The notes under the pieces: generated by a model
Databases searched by the model: none
What the model saw: only the letters and a program-made list of their open reading frames with translations
Told to the model about the DNA's origin: nothing
DNA from: Antedon mediterranea
Taxonomy: Eukaryota > Animalia > Echinodermata
Assembly: GCF_964355755.1 (NCBI RefSeq)
Contig: NC_092670.1
Coordinates: 1,478,201 to 1,542,200, forward strand
Length of the DNA stretch: 64,000 nt
Direction of reading: 5' to 3'
Shown: piece by piece, positions 23,496 to 36,537 of the stretch
Layout: every line of letters starts with the position of its first letter
Position numbering within the stretch: position 1 is the stretch's first letter
Translations under genes and position numbers: made by a program

Positions 23496-25844
23496 GAATA
23501 CAGGTCAACCCGTACCCATGCCAACTCGTACCCACCAACTCGTACCCAAATTTTGGCTTACTCGTACCCAACATTTTGGCTGACCCGTACCCATCATTGG
23601 CTGGCCCGTACCCAAGTTTAATGCTATTTAAAGTATATTTATATTACATTTAAACCCAGTTTTATTAAATTTTTAGATACCAATCATATGTTCGATATTA
23701 TAATGGCAAAAACTATTGACCTAAAATGTATAATAATATGTACAGACTCGTACGAAAAAAGCACAGCTTTCATCGTATTTTGGTACGTCGTATTTGGTAA
23801 AGTTAATACTTGAGGGCGCTGTTTTATATGGCTCTGTGGAAGATGTCTCAGTGGTCGGCTGTGCTGCATTCTATTTTTTTTTCATTTATGAGTTATTAAT
23901 CTATTATTTTCTACGAATAGTAGTACATGGAAATTGAAATACCCACTAGTCTGTGATGATGAAAACTTGAATTATTAAAAGTAAACATGAATATCTTTTA
24001 CATAATTTGTATTTTCATTTTATTTTACAGATAATGAAGTAATGTGCTTTTTGAAAATCGTTTTAAAACGAATGGTTTTTGTTGTTTTGTTTTGCAAGTT
24101 TTGGAAAATATTAAACTGTATTAACATTTCGAAAATATTTAATACATTTTTAAATAGTCACTCGTATTTTAAAATCACGAAACTATTTAAGTGGATACCA
24201 GCCTCATTGCTGCTATGAGCATTTAGTAGTAGATTAGATTATTGCCGTTTATCTATAGTATACAATGACGGATGTGAGAGTAATAATAAAAGGTAACTAC
24301 AGGTACTAACCTCCAATAATTTAACATTTAATATTACAAACGACGACATTTGCTGTTATTACGTTTTCATTTTATAATGATTATTACTGTATTATTATGA
24401 CTAAAAACCGAAATAAATACTACTAAAACTTAAAAAAATCATCTTATCGCTGACAGATACGTAAGTACTCAGACACGTGTAGGTAGGCCTTCAGAACGTT
24501 TATATTATTTTAGTAAATAAGACGATATCCGTTGCCATGGAAAAACGATCGTAGTTCATTTCATTTGTCTTATTTGACACATTATAGAATGCGTATTTTT
24601 TTTTAAAAAAGGGAATCCCTCGTCAGCAAAAACACGTAGCTGTAAGTTATTGAGGAAACACCTACCAAAAATGTTTAATTACCGTAAACAAACAGATAAT
24701 TTTACTGAATTATTTAAGAAAAAAAATAAATAGAAAACGATCATACGCCACATTGCGTTGCCTATTTTTGGACACACTACAAATGGACCCGTACAAATGC
24801 GTTTTTTTTTTTAATAATAAAGAGGAATCCCCATTCAGCAAAAACACGTAGCTGTTATAGAAGAAAATCTGCCAAAATGTTTAATTGCCTTAGGCTACAG
24901 TACGACAGTACGTGTTATATGATCATTTCACTGAATTATTAATAAATAAAATATATGGAAAATGATCATACGTCATTACTAAGTCGTCTCTTGACGCCGG
25001 CCCTATAAATGCGTGTTTTTTATAATAAAAGGTTAATCCCGGTCAGCAAAAACACGTAACACGAAATCTACGAGTAATTCGACCCCATAGCCCGGCAGGC
25101 TTTTTGCTTAAAACAGGGTGTTGTTAATTCAACCAATTTTAAATATACCAAATACAATAGAAATAATAATTACTTGATCGAATGTAATCAGGGAAGATAA
25201 TTAGAATAAAATAAAAGAATAAAAATTGATAAGTATAAAATTATACGTTGTTGGTACTTTACCTGGGCTTAATTGAATTGTAATACTAACTATACAACAG
25301 TTAAAATATTTTTTTATTAATTAATGTTCTCTTAGTATTACGTAAATAAAAAAGACACATAAACATACGTTTATAAAACTATAATACTAGATTTAAATAA
25401 ATGTTAACAAATATATGCCTAATTAAACGAAGTCTACAATCAAATCAATGGTCATTTTTATTAGCACACATTTCACCGAGACCTGTAAAATAAAAAAAAC
25501 AATTTAAATATAAAAATATTCATACGGCAAAAGCATACCACTAGTTTTGCGCCGATCAAATCATTACAAGTAATTATTCAAATTGGGTACGAGTAGGCCA
25601 AATAATGGGTACGAGTAAGCCAAAAATGGGTACGGGTAAGCCAAAAAATGGGTACGAGTAAGCCAAATACTTGGGTACGAGTAAGCCAAATATTTAGGTA
25701 CGAGTTGGCATGGGTACGGGTTGGTTTGGGTACGGGTTAGCCAAAGTGGGTACGAGTTGACCAATTATTTGGGTACGGGTTAGCCAAGTTGGGTACGAGT
25801 TGGCATGGGTACGGGTTGGTTTGGGTACGGGTTGACCAGCACCC
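23496..25844. mobile_element. Non-autonomous Mutator/foldback-type DNA transposon (2,349 bp)
   Basis: 9-bp TSD cacacatac at 23487-23495 and 25845-25853. Ends are gaatacaggtcaacccgtaccca / tgggtacgggttgaccagcaccc, with inverted subterminal arrays of (c/t)cgtaccca. No transposase ORF. Confidence 0.8.
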
Positions 25845-26507
25845 CACACATACGAGATAACTAGAACTTGGAACGTAGTACCTTGCTATGTATGTCTACT
25901 GTATGATGTGGTAACATAGGCCTAAGTAGAATAGATTCCGTTTAAGTCACATTGTGACTGGTCCTTACACAAACATTACAACATGCAAATGGCGAGTAAG
26001 GCATAAACCTTTGTCCTCAGAGTCAAGACGATGGTTAGAGTTAGTAAAAACAAAAAGCAATAACACTATTTTTGAAAAGTCTTCAAGTTACTTTTGTTTA
26101 CAGTGTACCGGTTTAATAAGTATAGAAAAAACAAAACCTGATAATTATAATCATTCGCTCTTAAATATTTCCATATGGGGAGGCAAAAATAAATACATAT
26201 ATAAAACAGAGACTCATTTTTTCCCTCAGGAATCGAAGCTGCATCTGATCCTTGACCACATGACAAGTCGCGGTAATTATTTTATTATTACAGTAATGTA
26301 GCCACAAGAAATAAAGTAGTGCGGTTTTAAAAAAAAAAGGGAACAATCTCTGTTCAAGCCATTGGATTGTCAAAGGCCTTCACCTTCCTGTGGTCAGGTT
26401 GAGACCTCTACCGCCCTGTATTAATGTAGTTTTAAAACTTTTGTTTCTTTTCAACAAATTCCTTCATATATTTTTTGCTTAGAAAAAAGGAAGACATAAA
26501 GAGGAAA

Positions 26508-29500
26508 ATGAAGCTGCGAAATAAAAAGAAGAAAAATGCTCACCAAAAGGCAGAAAGTAATTCTGTAATAGATCATCATATCCAACCTGATAGAATCCTA
26601 TTTACCAGCAAACAAACACAGAAAAAGATTTTCTCTCCAATTTCTCAAGCATTTGAAAACTTACAAGAAGGTGACTATCGAAGAAAGTCTGCTGTTAGGA
26701 ATGCAAGTAGAAGGAGGACCATTCCTATTTATAAAACATCTGGTATGTTTGTTTTATTAATTCAATTTGATATTTATAGTAATAGTATCACATTTCATTA
26801 GGAAGAAATTTAGAATAAACAAAATTTAAATGAAGGTAAATTGAAAACATAAGTACACAGAATTGTTTAGATAATGATAAAAGCAACAATTATAATCTAA
26901 ATTAAAGTATGAATAAATATATTGCAGTTAGTTCTGGTGACTTTATGGTGAGGAGTACTCAAAAAAAGAAAGCTTTGTATAAATATTTAGCCAAACGAAG
27001 AAAGAGACTACTAAACAACGGAAGTACTATGGTAATTATTTTTGTTTATTACTGTAGTCAAATGTCACTATACCATCTGTCCACATCACGTCTTGCTATT
27101 TTATCCAATGTTTTTTTCACTAAAGATGTCTGCCAAAAACATGAAAAATAAAGGCTAATTTTTTAAAAAGGCTTTGAATAGATAATTTTGCAGTTTTAAT
27201 AGAGTTAATTTCATAGAAAAATAAACTTTAAAAAATAAGTTTCTTACTTATAAAAAGACAAATTAAACGGTTAAATTCAACCAAAAATCTCATTTGACTC
27301 CAGTCCAGGAAGCCTGGTCCTAAATAAACTCTCCTTAAAAAAAACAATAAGAGAATTCCTAATAAAACTAAACAATTAACTAACAATGTTTCTTATTTTC
27401 CAATAATAATTAAAAGAAGCAGATGACTAACCTGATTGAAGCTAAAAAGTACTCTGATTTTGACAAAAGCATTGACAAAGACACTGAAGAGAATTTAGAC
27501 AATGTCAGTTCTCAAAGAGAGTGTATAAGTGCATCTTTTTCTGACAACACAAAAAAAGGAAAGACCAAGAGGAAACTAGATACAGAATTGGTTGAAAAGA
27601 GGTCTCAAAGACATAAAAAAAGCAAAAATGACAGATACAAAGAGAAAATAAAACGTGCTCTAAAGGAAGCATTGTCCTGCAACTCGGAAGCTTTAGAGGT
27701 GGAGGGTTACTTTGGTGAAAAGTCAAGAGAGAAGAAGAGTGTTGAAGAAATGGCAGAATTTGGTGAAACAAATAGCAATGAATCCAGTATAGCAGAAACT
27801 GTATCGCCAGATATCATTTTACAAAATGAAAATTTGCCACAGACAATTGCCGAAAAAACCAACCATGCAGAAGATGTAAGTTAAAAAGGAATTGGTAATG
27901 CAGTCTGTCGTTATCAAAATCTATAATGATCTTGTGCATTGCTCACCATGACCTCTGACCCCTTAAGCCCAACTTGTGTTTCAAAGCTATGTAGGTTATC
28001 ATATTCTATAATTATAGGCCTACCCATGTCAGTACGGCTTATGACACATTATTTACTCTCTTAGTAAACGTAGATATGGATGTTATCTTAACAATGTATG
28101 TTTTAATCATTTATACTATGCTGATGATTTGGTTGTGTTAGCTCCCTCTGCCTCAGGCACGTGTGTGGGTTTTGCATCTGAGCATGAAATTATAAAAACT
28201 GTATGCTGTTTTGTCCCACTATTCGTAGAATCTATGGGGCTCCTAAAACAGTATTGGGTGATAAGGCGCTGGAGTATGTTGATCATTGTACGTACTTAGA
28301 CCATATTTTAACCTCAAATCTAATAAGAGATGAAGCAGATATAAAACGCCAATATAGATCTCTATGTATTAGAGGTATGTTTTATGTAGGAAATCTTCAT
28401 AGTGCTCCAAATCAATCAAATGTTATTTGTTCAGATCATATTGTATTAACATGTACTGTTTTCTTTTATGGTCTAATCATTTTTAAAAAGATATCAACCG
28501 ACTTAAAGTTTGTTATAATGATGCTTTTCGGAGGTTGTTTGGACAACCCAGATTTGTTCCATCATTTTATGAATATTTGAGGATTTCAACTTCTTTTTTT
28601 TTTGTAATGTATTATACCATATGGACAATTGTCTGAAATAAAAGTTGAATAAAAAAAAAATAAAAAAATTATCTTGTTTGTTTTTTAGAATTTTGGAAGT
28701 CGTGGTGTCAATGGATGGGAGCAAAGTTTACGACAAAAACCAAAAACAGTTGACAAGTACCAAGCAACTTTTAAGCCAGACTCTGGCTCTAACGAAATAA
28801 GCTCTGTCAAGAAGAAGTCTGGGGTAAGGAACTTATTAAAATACAGGCACATACTCCTGAAAAAATATGTTTTAAAAAAGAGGCTAAGAAGCACAACTTC
28901 AAATGATCCCAGATGTATATTACTGAGCTACTACTTGTTCATAAATCTGTTGTATGTTGTATGTATGTACATGTAGATGCATTTAAATAATAGTCACCAA
29001 ACTGACAAGCACTCAATTCTTTTTGGTGTATTGGGTGTTGGGTTGTTGTAGAATTGTAATAACTGGGGCGGATTGCTATAAGCGGTCTATAAACGGTCTT
29101 AGCGCTTAGCCGGCTATAATTTGTGACGTAGCAAGTAGTCTTTATTTATAGACCATTGCTATACCGCGGTCTAACCTGCAAACGGTCTTTAAAATTAAAG
29201 CCTACTCGAAGGAGTCTTAAAACAGTCTTAAACCTCTCTTTTTGTTGCATTTACGTATTATTTATCGTCAAAGACAACCAATTGAACAAGTTTTAAGTGT
29301 TAAATCAAATAATAACGGTGATTTTATTCTTATATAGGCCTAGAATGGATTTTCTCGCGTAGAAATGTACGTACTGTTTATGATTGTGAATTGAACAAGC
29401 ATGACGAACATTACCTTATTTGGTATTCTACGCGCAAAGTACGCCCTCAATTTGTTACTTTACGCGGTCTTATCCAAGACTGTTTTATAGCAATGGTCTA

Positions 29501-32500
29501 TCAGGAGTGGCTTTAATAAGACCGTCTATCTGATAAAGCCGGCTTTAATCGGGGAGTAAGACCATCAGTTAAGACTGTTTTATAGCAATCCACCCCTGAA
29601 CTTCTAAATTGTAATTGTGAATAAACATACATGTACATTAGTGGTGTACCATTATCTGTCAACAAACAGTCAGTCACCATATTTTCTTTTAATTAAATTA
29701 GAAATCTGTTGAGTTGAATACACCTAAAAGAACTATGCAGAAGGAATTTCATCAAGACAAGGATTTTGAGAAAATGGTAAACATGAACAATTAAATATGT
29801 ACAGATGAATACAACTAAGCCCCTTTCTCACAGAGCAGTGTGCCAGGAATATTGCGGGAATATACCATTACCATGCCGGTATGGTTTTCTGTGAGAACGG
29901 GTCGTCTTGGCATCATACCGGCATCATGCCGGCATCGACATGACCTGCTTTAGACCTAGTAATATTCTAGGGATATTCCCCGCAATGCCAGACGGGCATT
30001 CTGTGAGAACGTAATGCCGTTATATTCCGGGGTTATATTTAATTCCCCGTCAAAGCTTTGACACCTTGCGCGGTCAAGTGTATCACTTTGGCGCCGATTC
30101 AATTCAATTAACAATAATAATGTCGAACTGGAGGGATAATGAGATAAGAGAGCTGCTTAAAATAAGAGGACAAGAAGAAATTTGTAGCATAATCTATAGA
30201 CATAGGCCATTATAGCTCTTTGTTTGTTGGTGCCTGACCCTTCGTCGCCTTGCCTTGTAAATTGTAGGCCTACAGCCTTCGAAGGTGTTTTACAGATTGC
30301 TGATGACGGCTAATTAATTGCTGTACCTGTATAATATATGCACAATATACTGTACATAGCCTGTATTGCATAAATATGATATAAAGGAAGATAATAATCT
30401 GTGACTTATAATTCGCCGCCATATATCGCTAGACAAAAATAATAATAAAGGACGCGCTCAATAATTTTTTTGTCAGAGACTTTTTATTGGCCGAATATGC
30501 CAGACTTCTTTCTCACAGAAAGCCGGTATATTCCGGTTATATTTCCGGCACGATAGTCCAATAAGAATGGGTATATGCCGGTAACGATACCGGCATGACG
30601 CCAGCATAATACCGGTATATTGCAGGCACATCTGTGAGAAAGGGGCTCTAGAGAAACACAATCAAAGCTAACCAAGAAAGCTTTGACTGTGTATACGCAA
30701 TAACAAATTTATGTTCTGATTTTGTTGAGTTTTCATAATATATCTTATTTATTTATATGCTAATAATATTTATCAACAAATACAATCATGTTGTTGAAAA
30801 GTCCCTGCCCTTCATGTATATACATATTAAAACGGTATTAATACAGGTGACAAATGAAAGAGCTGATTTACAAAATATATTCCTAAAAATACGAACATTA
30901 AGATTTTCAAATACAGTAGTATGCCTATTCAGTTATGTTTCAATAGTGTTTTCATTCAATTTCCAGGATCAGTTTATGATTGGAGACTTGGTCTGGGGAA
31001 AGATTAGAAGCTATCCTTATTGGCCAGCCTTGGTTGTCTTTCGCATCCCAAATAGTGATATACTCCCCTCACCAGGTTCAAGATGGGTCAAGTGGTTTGG
31101 CGACGGAAAGTATTCACATGTAAATTTTGTATACTAGACATTTCAATTTAGTTTAGTTTGTTTTTGTGTATTTTTTCAGTATTTGTGTGTAACGCTATAC
31201 AATGAAACATAACAGTGCATAACATAACATAACAGTACAATGTTGATTTGGCTGTTTTACAGGCAGGTGCATTCATTCTTGTTAGCTTTTTCCTGCACTG
31301 GCAGGAAAAAAATGTTTTAAATCTAAATTAGTCATTCTTTTATTTTTTATTGTTTTAAGGTAAAAGTTGATGAAATGTTTTCCTTTGGTATGTTTGATAG
31401 CCATTACCAGCCCTCATATTCCAAGAAGTTTAAACTTTATCAGAAAGCAGTGTACCAGGCATTAAAGGTACAGTAGTAACATAACGAAGAAATAAATCTA
31501 CAATACCCACACTTATCTTGTTTAGCTTGTTTATAATATTAATGATAAAATACTGAATACGACATATGCCACATTTAATCATTTTATTTTTATGTATGGT
31601 TTCTTATTTTCATGTTTTTATAATGCTCTATCAATTATGTAAATACTCGTGGACTTTATTGTATATGATGAATATTGTAATAAAGACCAATATATACCAT
31701 GTAATCAGAAGGGTAAATGTGTATATTAGTAGCAGTGAGTAAGTAATACTGTATAACAATTTCATGATATGAATCAATGCAAAATGACATGACACATCAT
31801 CATTGTTTGTTAGTTGACTGTATGAATTTAGAAATTCTGTTTCCACCATGTATCCATGTAACCACCTCATTTCTAGGTTTGTGCTGCACGAGCAAAGAAA
31901 GAATGTTGTTATAAATGTACTGAACGACCGCTTACCAAGCAGGAAAGCTTCAACGAAGACGAGGCTCTAAATTCTGAGTTAATTGATTGGGCAAATAGAG
32001 GTTTTCAACCTCAAGGAGTTGATGCCATAGTGCCACCTCAAGGTACAGTTGTTTTCAGAAACTTTGTTGTTTATTAATTGTCTTTTTCTTGAACTATATT
32101 CAAATATATGTTTGTTATTATTGTAACCAGGTATAGTATTGTATGTTTTTATTTGATTTCAATTTGATATTGATATCTATGTTACTACTAAATAATTCTA
32201 ATACATTTTCAGAGGAAAAGCAGCTACCACAATTTTCATGGAATCTCAGCACACCATCTATTACAACTGTCCCGAAAAAGAGTCCATCTAAGATCACTAG
32301 TAGAGGTAAGAAAAGTATACTTTCATATTTTAAAAAAAGAATCCCTATAGCTCACTATATCGGTCGGGTGGTCAGTAAACACTAACTCAAATTTGCGCAC
32401 GCGACTGCAGCCATGACCTTGTTTCAGTTGAAGGCAAACACTTCTGTAGAACATAAGAATTAGTGTTTACATTTTAGTAGAAATAAAAGTTATCATTTTA

Positions 32501-35500
32501 CTTTCTTTTCTTAGATGAAATGATTGAGAAGGTAAAGAGTGGAAAAATAACATTAGAAGGTAAGATTATAGTTTAATTTGTATGTGACCATTAATATACC
32601 TGCTGTTGTTACAAAATAAGGAGTTTTGCAAATAATATTGGTAACTTGATAAATACAGTAGGCCTACTTTTTATTTCTGTCATATATTATCTTATAGATA
32701 TGTGCATTGCTTGTGGATCATGTGATGTGAATGATGTCCATCCTCTGTTCATTGGAGGACTATGTGAATGTTGTACAGTAAGTATATTCCTAAAAAGTAA
32801 CATACAACAATAGGTAAAGTACAACTAAAAATTACTGCAATGTAGCCTACGTTCCAGCTTTGTGCCTATGAAATATTGTTTTTTTATCGCAATTTTTTAT
32901 TATGATCCTATAGAGGCATTGTTTTGCCACGCGTCTATTGTAATGTGTTATAAACAACATTTTGTTATCAATGAATCAAGCAATAATTGATAACTGTACT
33001 GCTATGCTCGGCACGCACTCTTTATCATGAAAAGACTCATTTTCTCCCTATTATGATAACCAGACTTCAGGTTGCCAGGTTATATGGCTATGGTGCCCAA
33101 TTTGTTATATTAGAATTGAGACAATTATTATTTATTATTATTACTGTATATATGTTTATGACAAATTCTTAATTCAATTCAAAGTCAATTTATTATGTTG
33201 TCACATGATCACTTTTGTATGCATTGTAATTTATATTCAATGACTACAAATATGCAAATGTTTTCAAACTATAATTCTTTATGTTAAATCATTCATGGAT
33301 AGGCATGTGTGCAATGTTTTCAAACTATTCAAAATATTTTAATTACAGGTTGAATTTTTAGAGACAACATATCTTTTTGATAATGATGGTTACCAGGTGA
33401 GGAGTTTATAGCTGGGCCTAAACAGTATGCATATATTAGACTATTTGATTTCATTCGCTAACAGTTTTCAGAACATAAAATATTACCATTCTGTAAGATC
33501 TACCAAATCTGACATTGTTTGAAAGTCATGCTGTATCCTGTACATGTTATTTATCTTGTAGTCATATTGCTGTGTTTGCAGTGCTGGTAAGGAGCTGCTG
33601 TTATGTAGTGACGATGCGTGTTACAGGTCTTTCTGCTTTGATTGTGTTAAGCTACTAGACAGCAGTAACCCATTGAAAGAGGTAGTAGTGTATGACAAAG
33701 TAGATAAAGAAAACTAGAACAGGTTCATAAATTTGGAAGGGAAAAACCCTGCTTAAAATAATTTGATGGTTTTAAAAGTTTATTGTTTTGTACTGTAGCA
33801 CAAAATTTATTTGAACCTACTAAAAATGTATATTATTACCCTAAGGCAATCAAGAAAGACAAGTGGATTTGCTACATGTGTTGTCAAAACATTAAAAGCC
33901 GATTGCTTACTCGACGGGATAATTGGCCCAAACGATTGATGGAGATGTTTAAGAATGACCGTGTGCAAGATTTTGAACCATTCAAATCGTATGTGGCGCC
34001 TCTAATAAAGGATCGTCAACCAATCAGGGTGCTTGCACTTTTTGATGGTATCGCTACAGGTAAGAATTGTTGAAGCACCAAATGTTGTGCAAGTTGCTAC
34101 TGGACTTGTATGCTAGGCATATTTACTATCAACATTTATTTTTGTTGATAAAAATTAGTCGACCATATAACACCTTTTAAGATAATGATTGGTGTGAAAA
34201 TATTGAGAAAAAAAAGTGTCCGGTGTTGCAACAATTCCTCTCCAAACCAATGTTAATATTATTGCACTTTCAATTTATTTTTGACAGGACTACTTGCATT
34301 GAAAGAGCTCGGATTCCAAATCAAATGTTACATTGCATCGGAAGTGAACGAAGACGCTATCAAAGTTTCCACCGTTCGTCATGCGGAAGATATCGTGCAC
34401 GTTGGGGACGTGAAAAACATAACAAAAAAACAGGTGCGTGTTCTTCCAACTGGTTGTTTTATTGTTATCTTGAACTTGTTAATTTCTCTGAATTGTTTGT
34501 ATACAGGTTAAAGAATGGGGTCCATTTGATCTTGTGATGGGAGGCAGTCCATGTAATGACCTGTCCATCGTTAACCCTGCCAGAAAGGGACTGTTTGGTA
34601 ACTATACATTTCATTATAAATATACACATAATATTCAATATTGATATTGGTTGAAATAATATTAAGAAAATATGAAAAGATGAAAGATTTATTTGTATTT
34701 GTGCCTGTAAATTTGTTTAGGTAATTTGTATTGTACTTACTTATTATTTAGAAGGTACTGGTCGACTTTTCTTTGAATTTCAACGCATTCTGACTTACGC
34801 TAAACCAGCAGAGGGCGACAAACGACCTTTTTTTTGGTTTCTTGAAAATGTTTGTTTCATGGAACATTCTGATAAGATGGACATTTCCCGGTTTCTTGAG
34901 GTATATACTAACATACTTTACATTCTCAATATCATGCACATTGTAGGCCTACATTGGCAGGCTGCAGTTGTTTTTTCTAGTTCTTATTTCGTATACTTAT
35001 TGTAGGCTAATAACTATGAACTTAAATGAGAAATTCTCACAGTTCAACAAGCTTTAAAAGAATACATTGCTATATAAAGACAAAACAAAATATTTATTTA
35101 CTAATTTTCCATACATGATTGAATTTTTTTTTTTATTTGTGACTTGACCACAGTGTAATCCTGTAATTGTGGATGCGAAGGATCTGAGCCCTGCTCATCG
35201 AGCAAGATATTTCTGGGGTAACCTTCCAGGAATGGAAAGGTTAGTGTACTAGAACTGTAAACAAATTAATATTGATCACAAATATTAAGCACAAAATTGA
35301 ACACACTTTTAATTTTCGTTGTACAAAAAGAATAGTAGTTAGTAAATTTCTCATAAACAATATTTATTTAATATTTTTATTTACTTTTAACTTATTCTTA
35401 TTGTGACCTGCTCAGGCCTAATGTGGCTACAGGTGACCACTCACTGAGCTTACAAGAATGTCTGGAACCAAACTGCAATAGACAGGCGCAGGTACGTGAC

Positions 35501-36537
35501 TGCATTTGTAATTTCATAACTGTAACTTTCATATCCTCAGTTGATTTCAGGCTGCATTCACCCTCTCTCATGCTATGTTTTCCTTAATAAGTAATTTTCT
35601 TGCGTTTTGTTGACTTTGAGGGTAAGCTTAACTTAAGCATTATCTTAAGTGTTAGTGGTGAATATGATAAAGACTAATTTTAAGTGTATATATTCCATTA
35701 CTTAAATTAATCTGGAAATAGAACTGTCTAAATACTCTCTAACTCCCTAAACACTCCAGCTAACTCCCTAAATACTCCAGCTAACTCCCTAAATACTCTC
35801 TAACTCCCTAAATACTCCAGCTAACTCCCTAAACACTCCATCTAACTCCCTAAATACTCCAGCTAACTCCCTAAAAACTCCAGCTAACTCCCTAAATACT
35901 CTCTAACTCCCTAAATACTCCAGCTAACTCTCTAAATACTCCAGCTAACTCCTTAAATAATCCAGCTAACTCCAACACTTGTTTATAATATTTAAGTTTA
36001 AGAAAATCCGGACAATTACAACAAAATCGAACTCAATTAAACAAAGTAAAGAGAAGGTGTTACCGGTTCTAATGAACGGAAAAGAAGATGGCCTTTGGTG
36101 TACTGAAATGGAGAGGTAGGTACAGGTACAAATTTGTCATGTGCACGGTGATGAGTTTAAATCTAGTTTTATTATTGAATATTGTTTGACTGAAATAGAC
36201 AAATCATCCGTCTGAATTCACATATTGATGTAAATCTTTTAAATAATAAGCAAGACAAGTTTAAAGAAATTAACTATTATTGACTGTATCTCTGAATTAA
36301 TAATCTGAAATTCCATAATACAACTCTTAAAGCAAAGCTTACAACTTATAACTTGACCACATTAACTGTTATGTGGTACTTTTTGACAGACTGTTTGGTT
36401 TTCCCGAACACTACACGGATGTAAGTAACATGGGCAGAGTAGCACGTCAACGACTTTTAGGCCGAGCTTGGAGCGTTCCTGTTATCAAACACTTACTAGC
36501 CCCATTAAAGGATTTCTTTGTTTGTAAAACTATATAA
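26508..36537 (+). CDS. DNMT3: DNA (cytosine-5) methyltransferase 3 (de novo DNMT; PWWP + ADD + catalytic domain), ~22 coding exons
   Basis: PWWP ([24 protein letters not shown], 30967-31119); [11 protein letters not shown]; ADD ([29 protein letters not shown]); MTase motifs [51 protein letters not shown] and [14 protein letters not shown]; stop TAA at 36535-36537. The N-terminal exons (26508, 26927, ~27420, 28689, 29702) are less certain. Confidence 0.95.
28050..28560 (+). mobile_element. Degenerate LINE reverse-transcriptase fragment in a DNMT3 intron
   Basis: Translates [18 protein letters not shown] (YADD motif) at ~28105-28160, followed by a frameshifted RT C-terminal-like segment ([16 protein letters not shown]). 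Confidence 0.75.
29063..29598. mobile_element. MITE with terminal inverted repeats in a DNMT3 intron
   Basis: Left ctggggcggattgctataa and right ttatagcaatccacccctg, with internal inverted agacc/ggtct sub-repeats. Confidence 0.7.
29818..30647. mobile_element. Non-autonomous PIF/Harbinger element in a DNMT3 intron
   Basis: Perfect 17-bp TIR agcccctttctcacaga and 3-bp TSD cta (29815-29817, 30648-30650). A Myb/SANT-like start remnant [17 protein letters not shown] begins at 30120. Confidence 0.85.
35736..35973. repeat. 21-bp minisatellite (ctaactccctaaatactccag) x ~11 in a DNMT3 intron
   Basis: Directly visible array ending ~20 bp before a splice acceptor. Confidence 0.9.
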
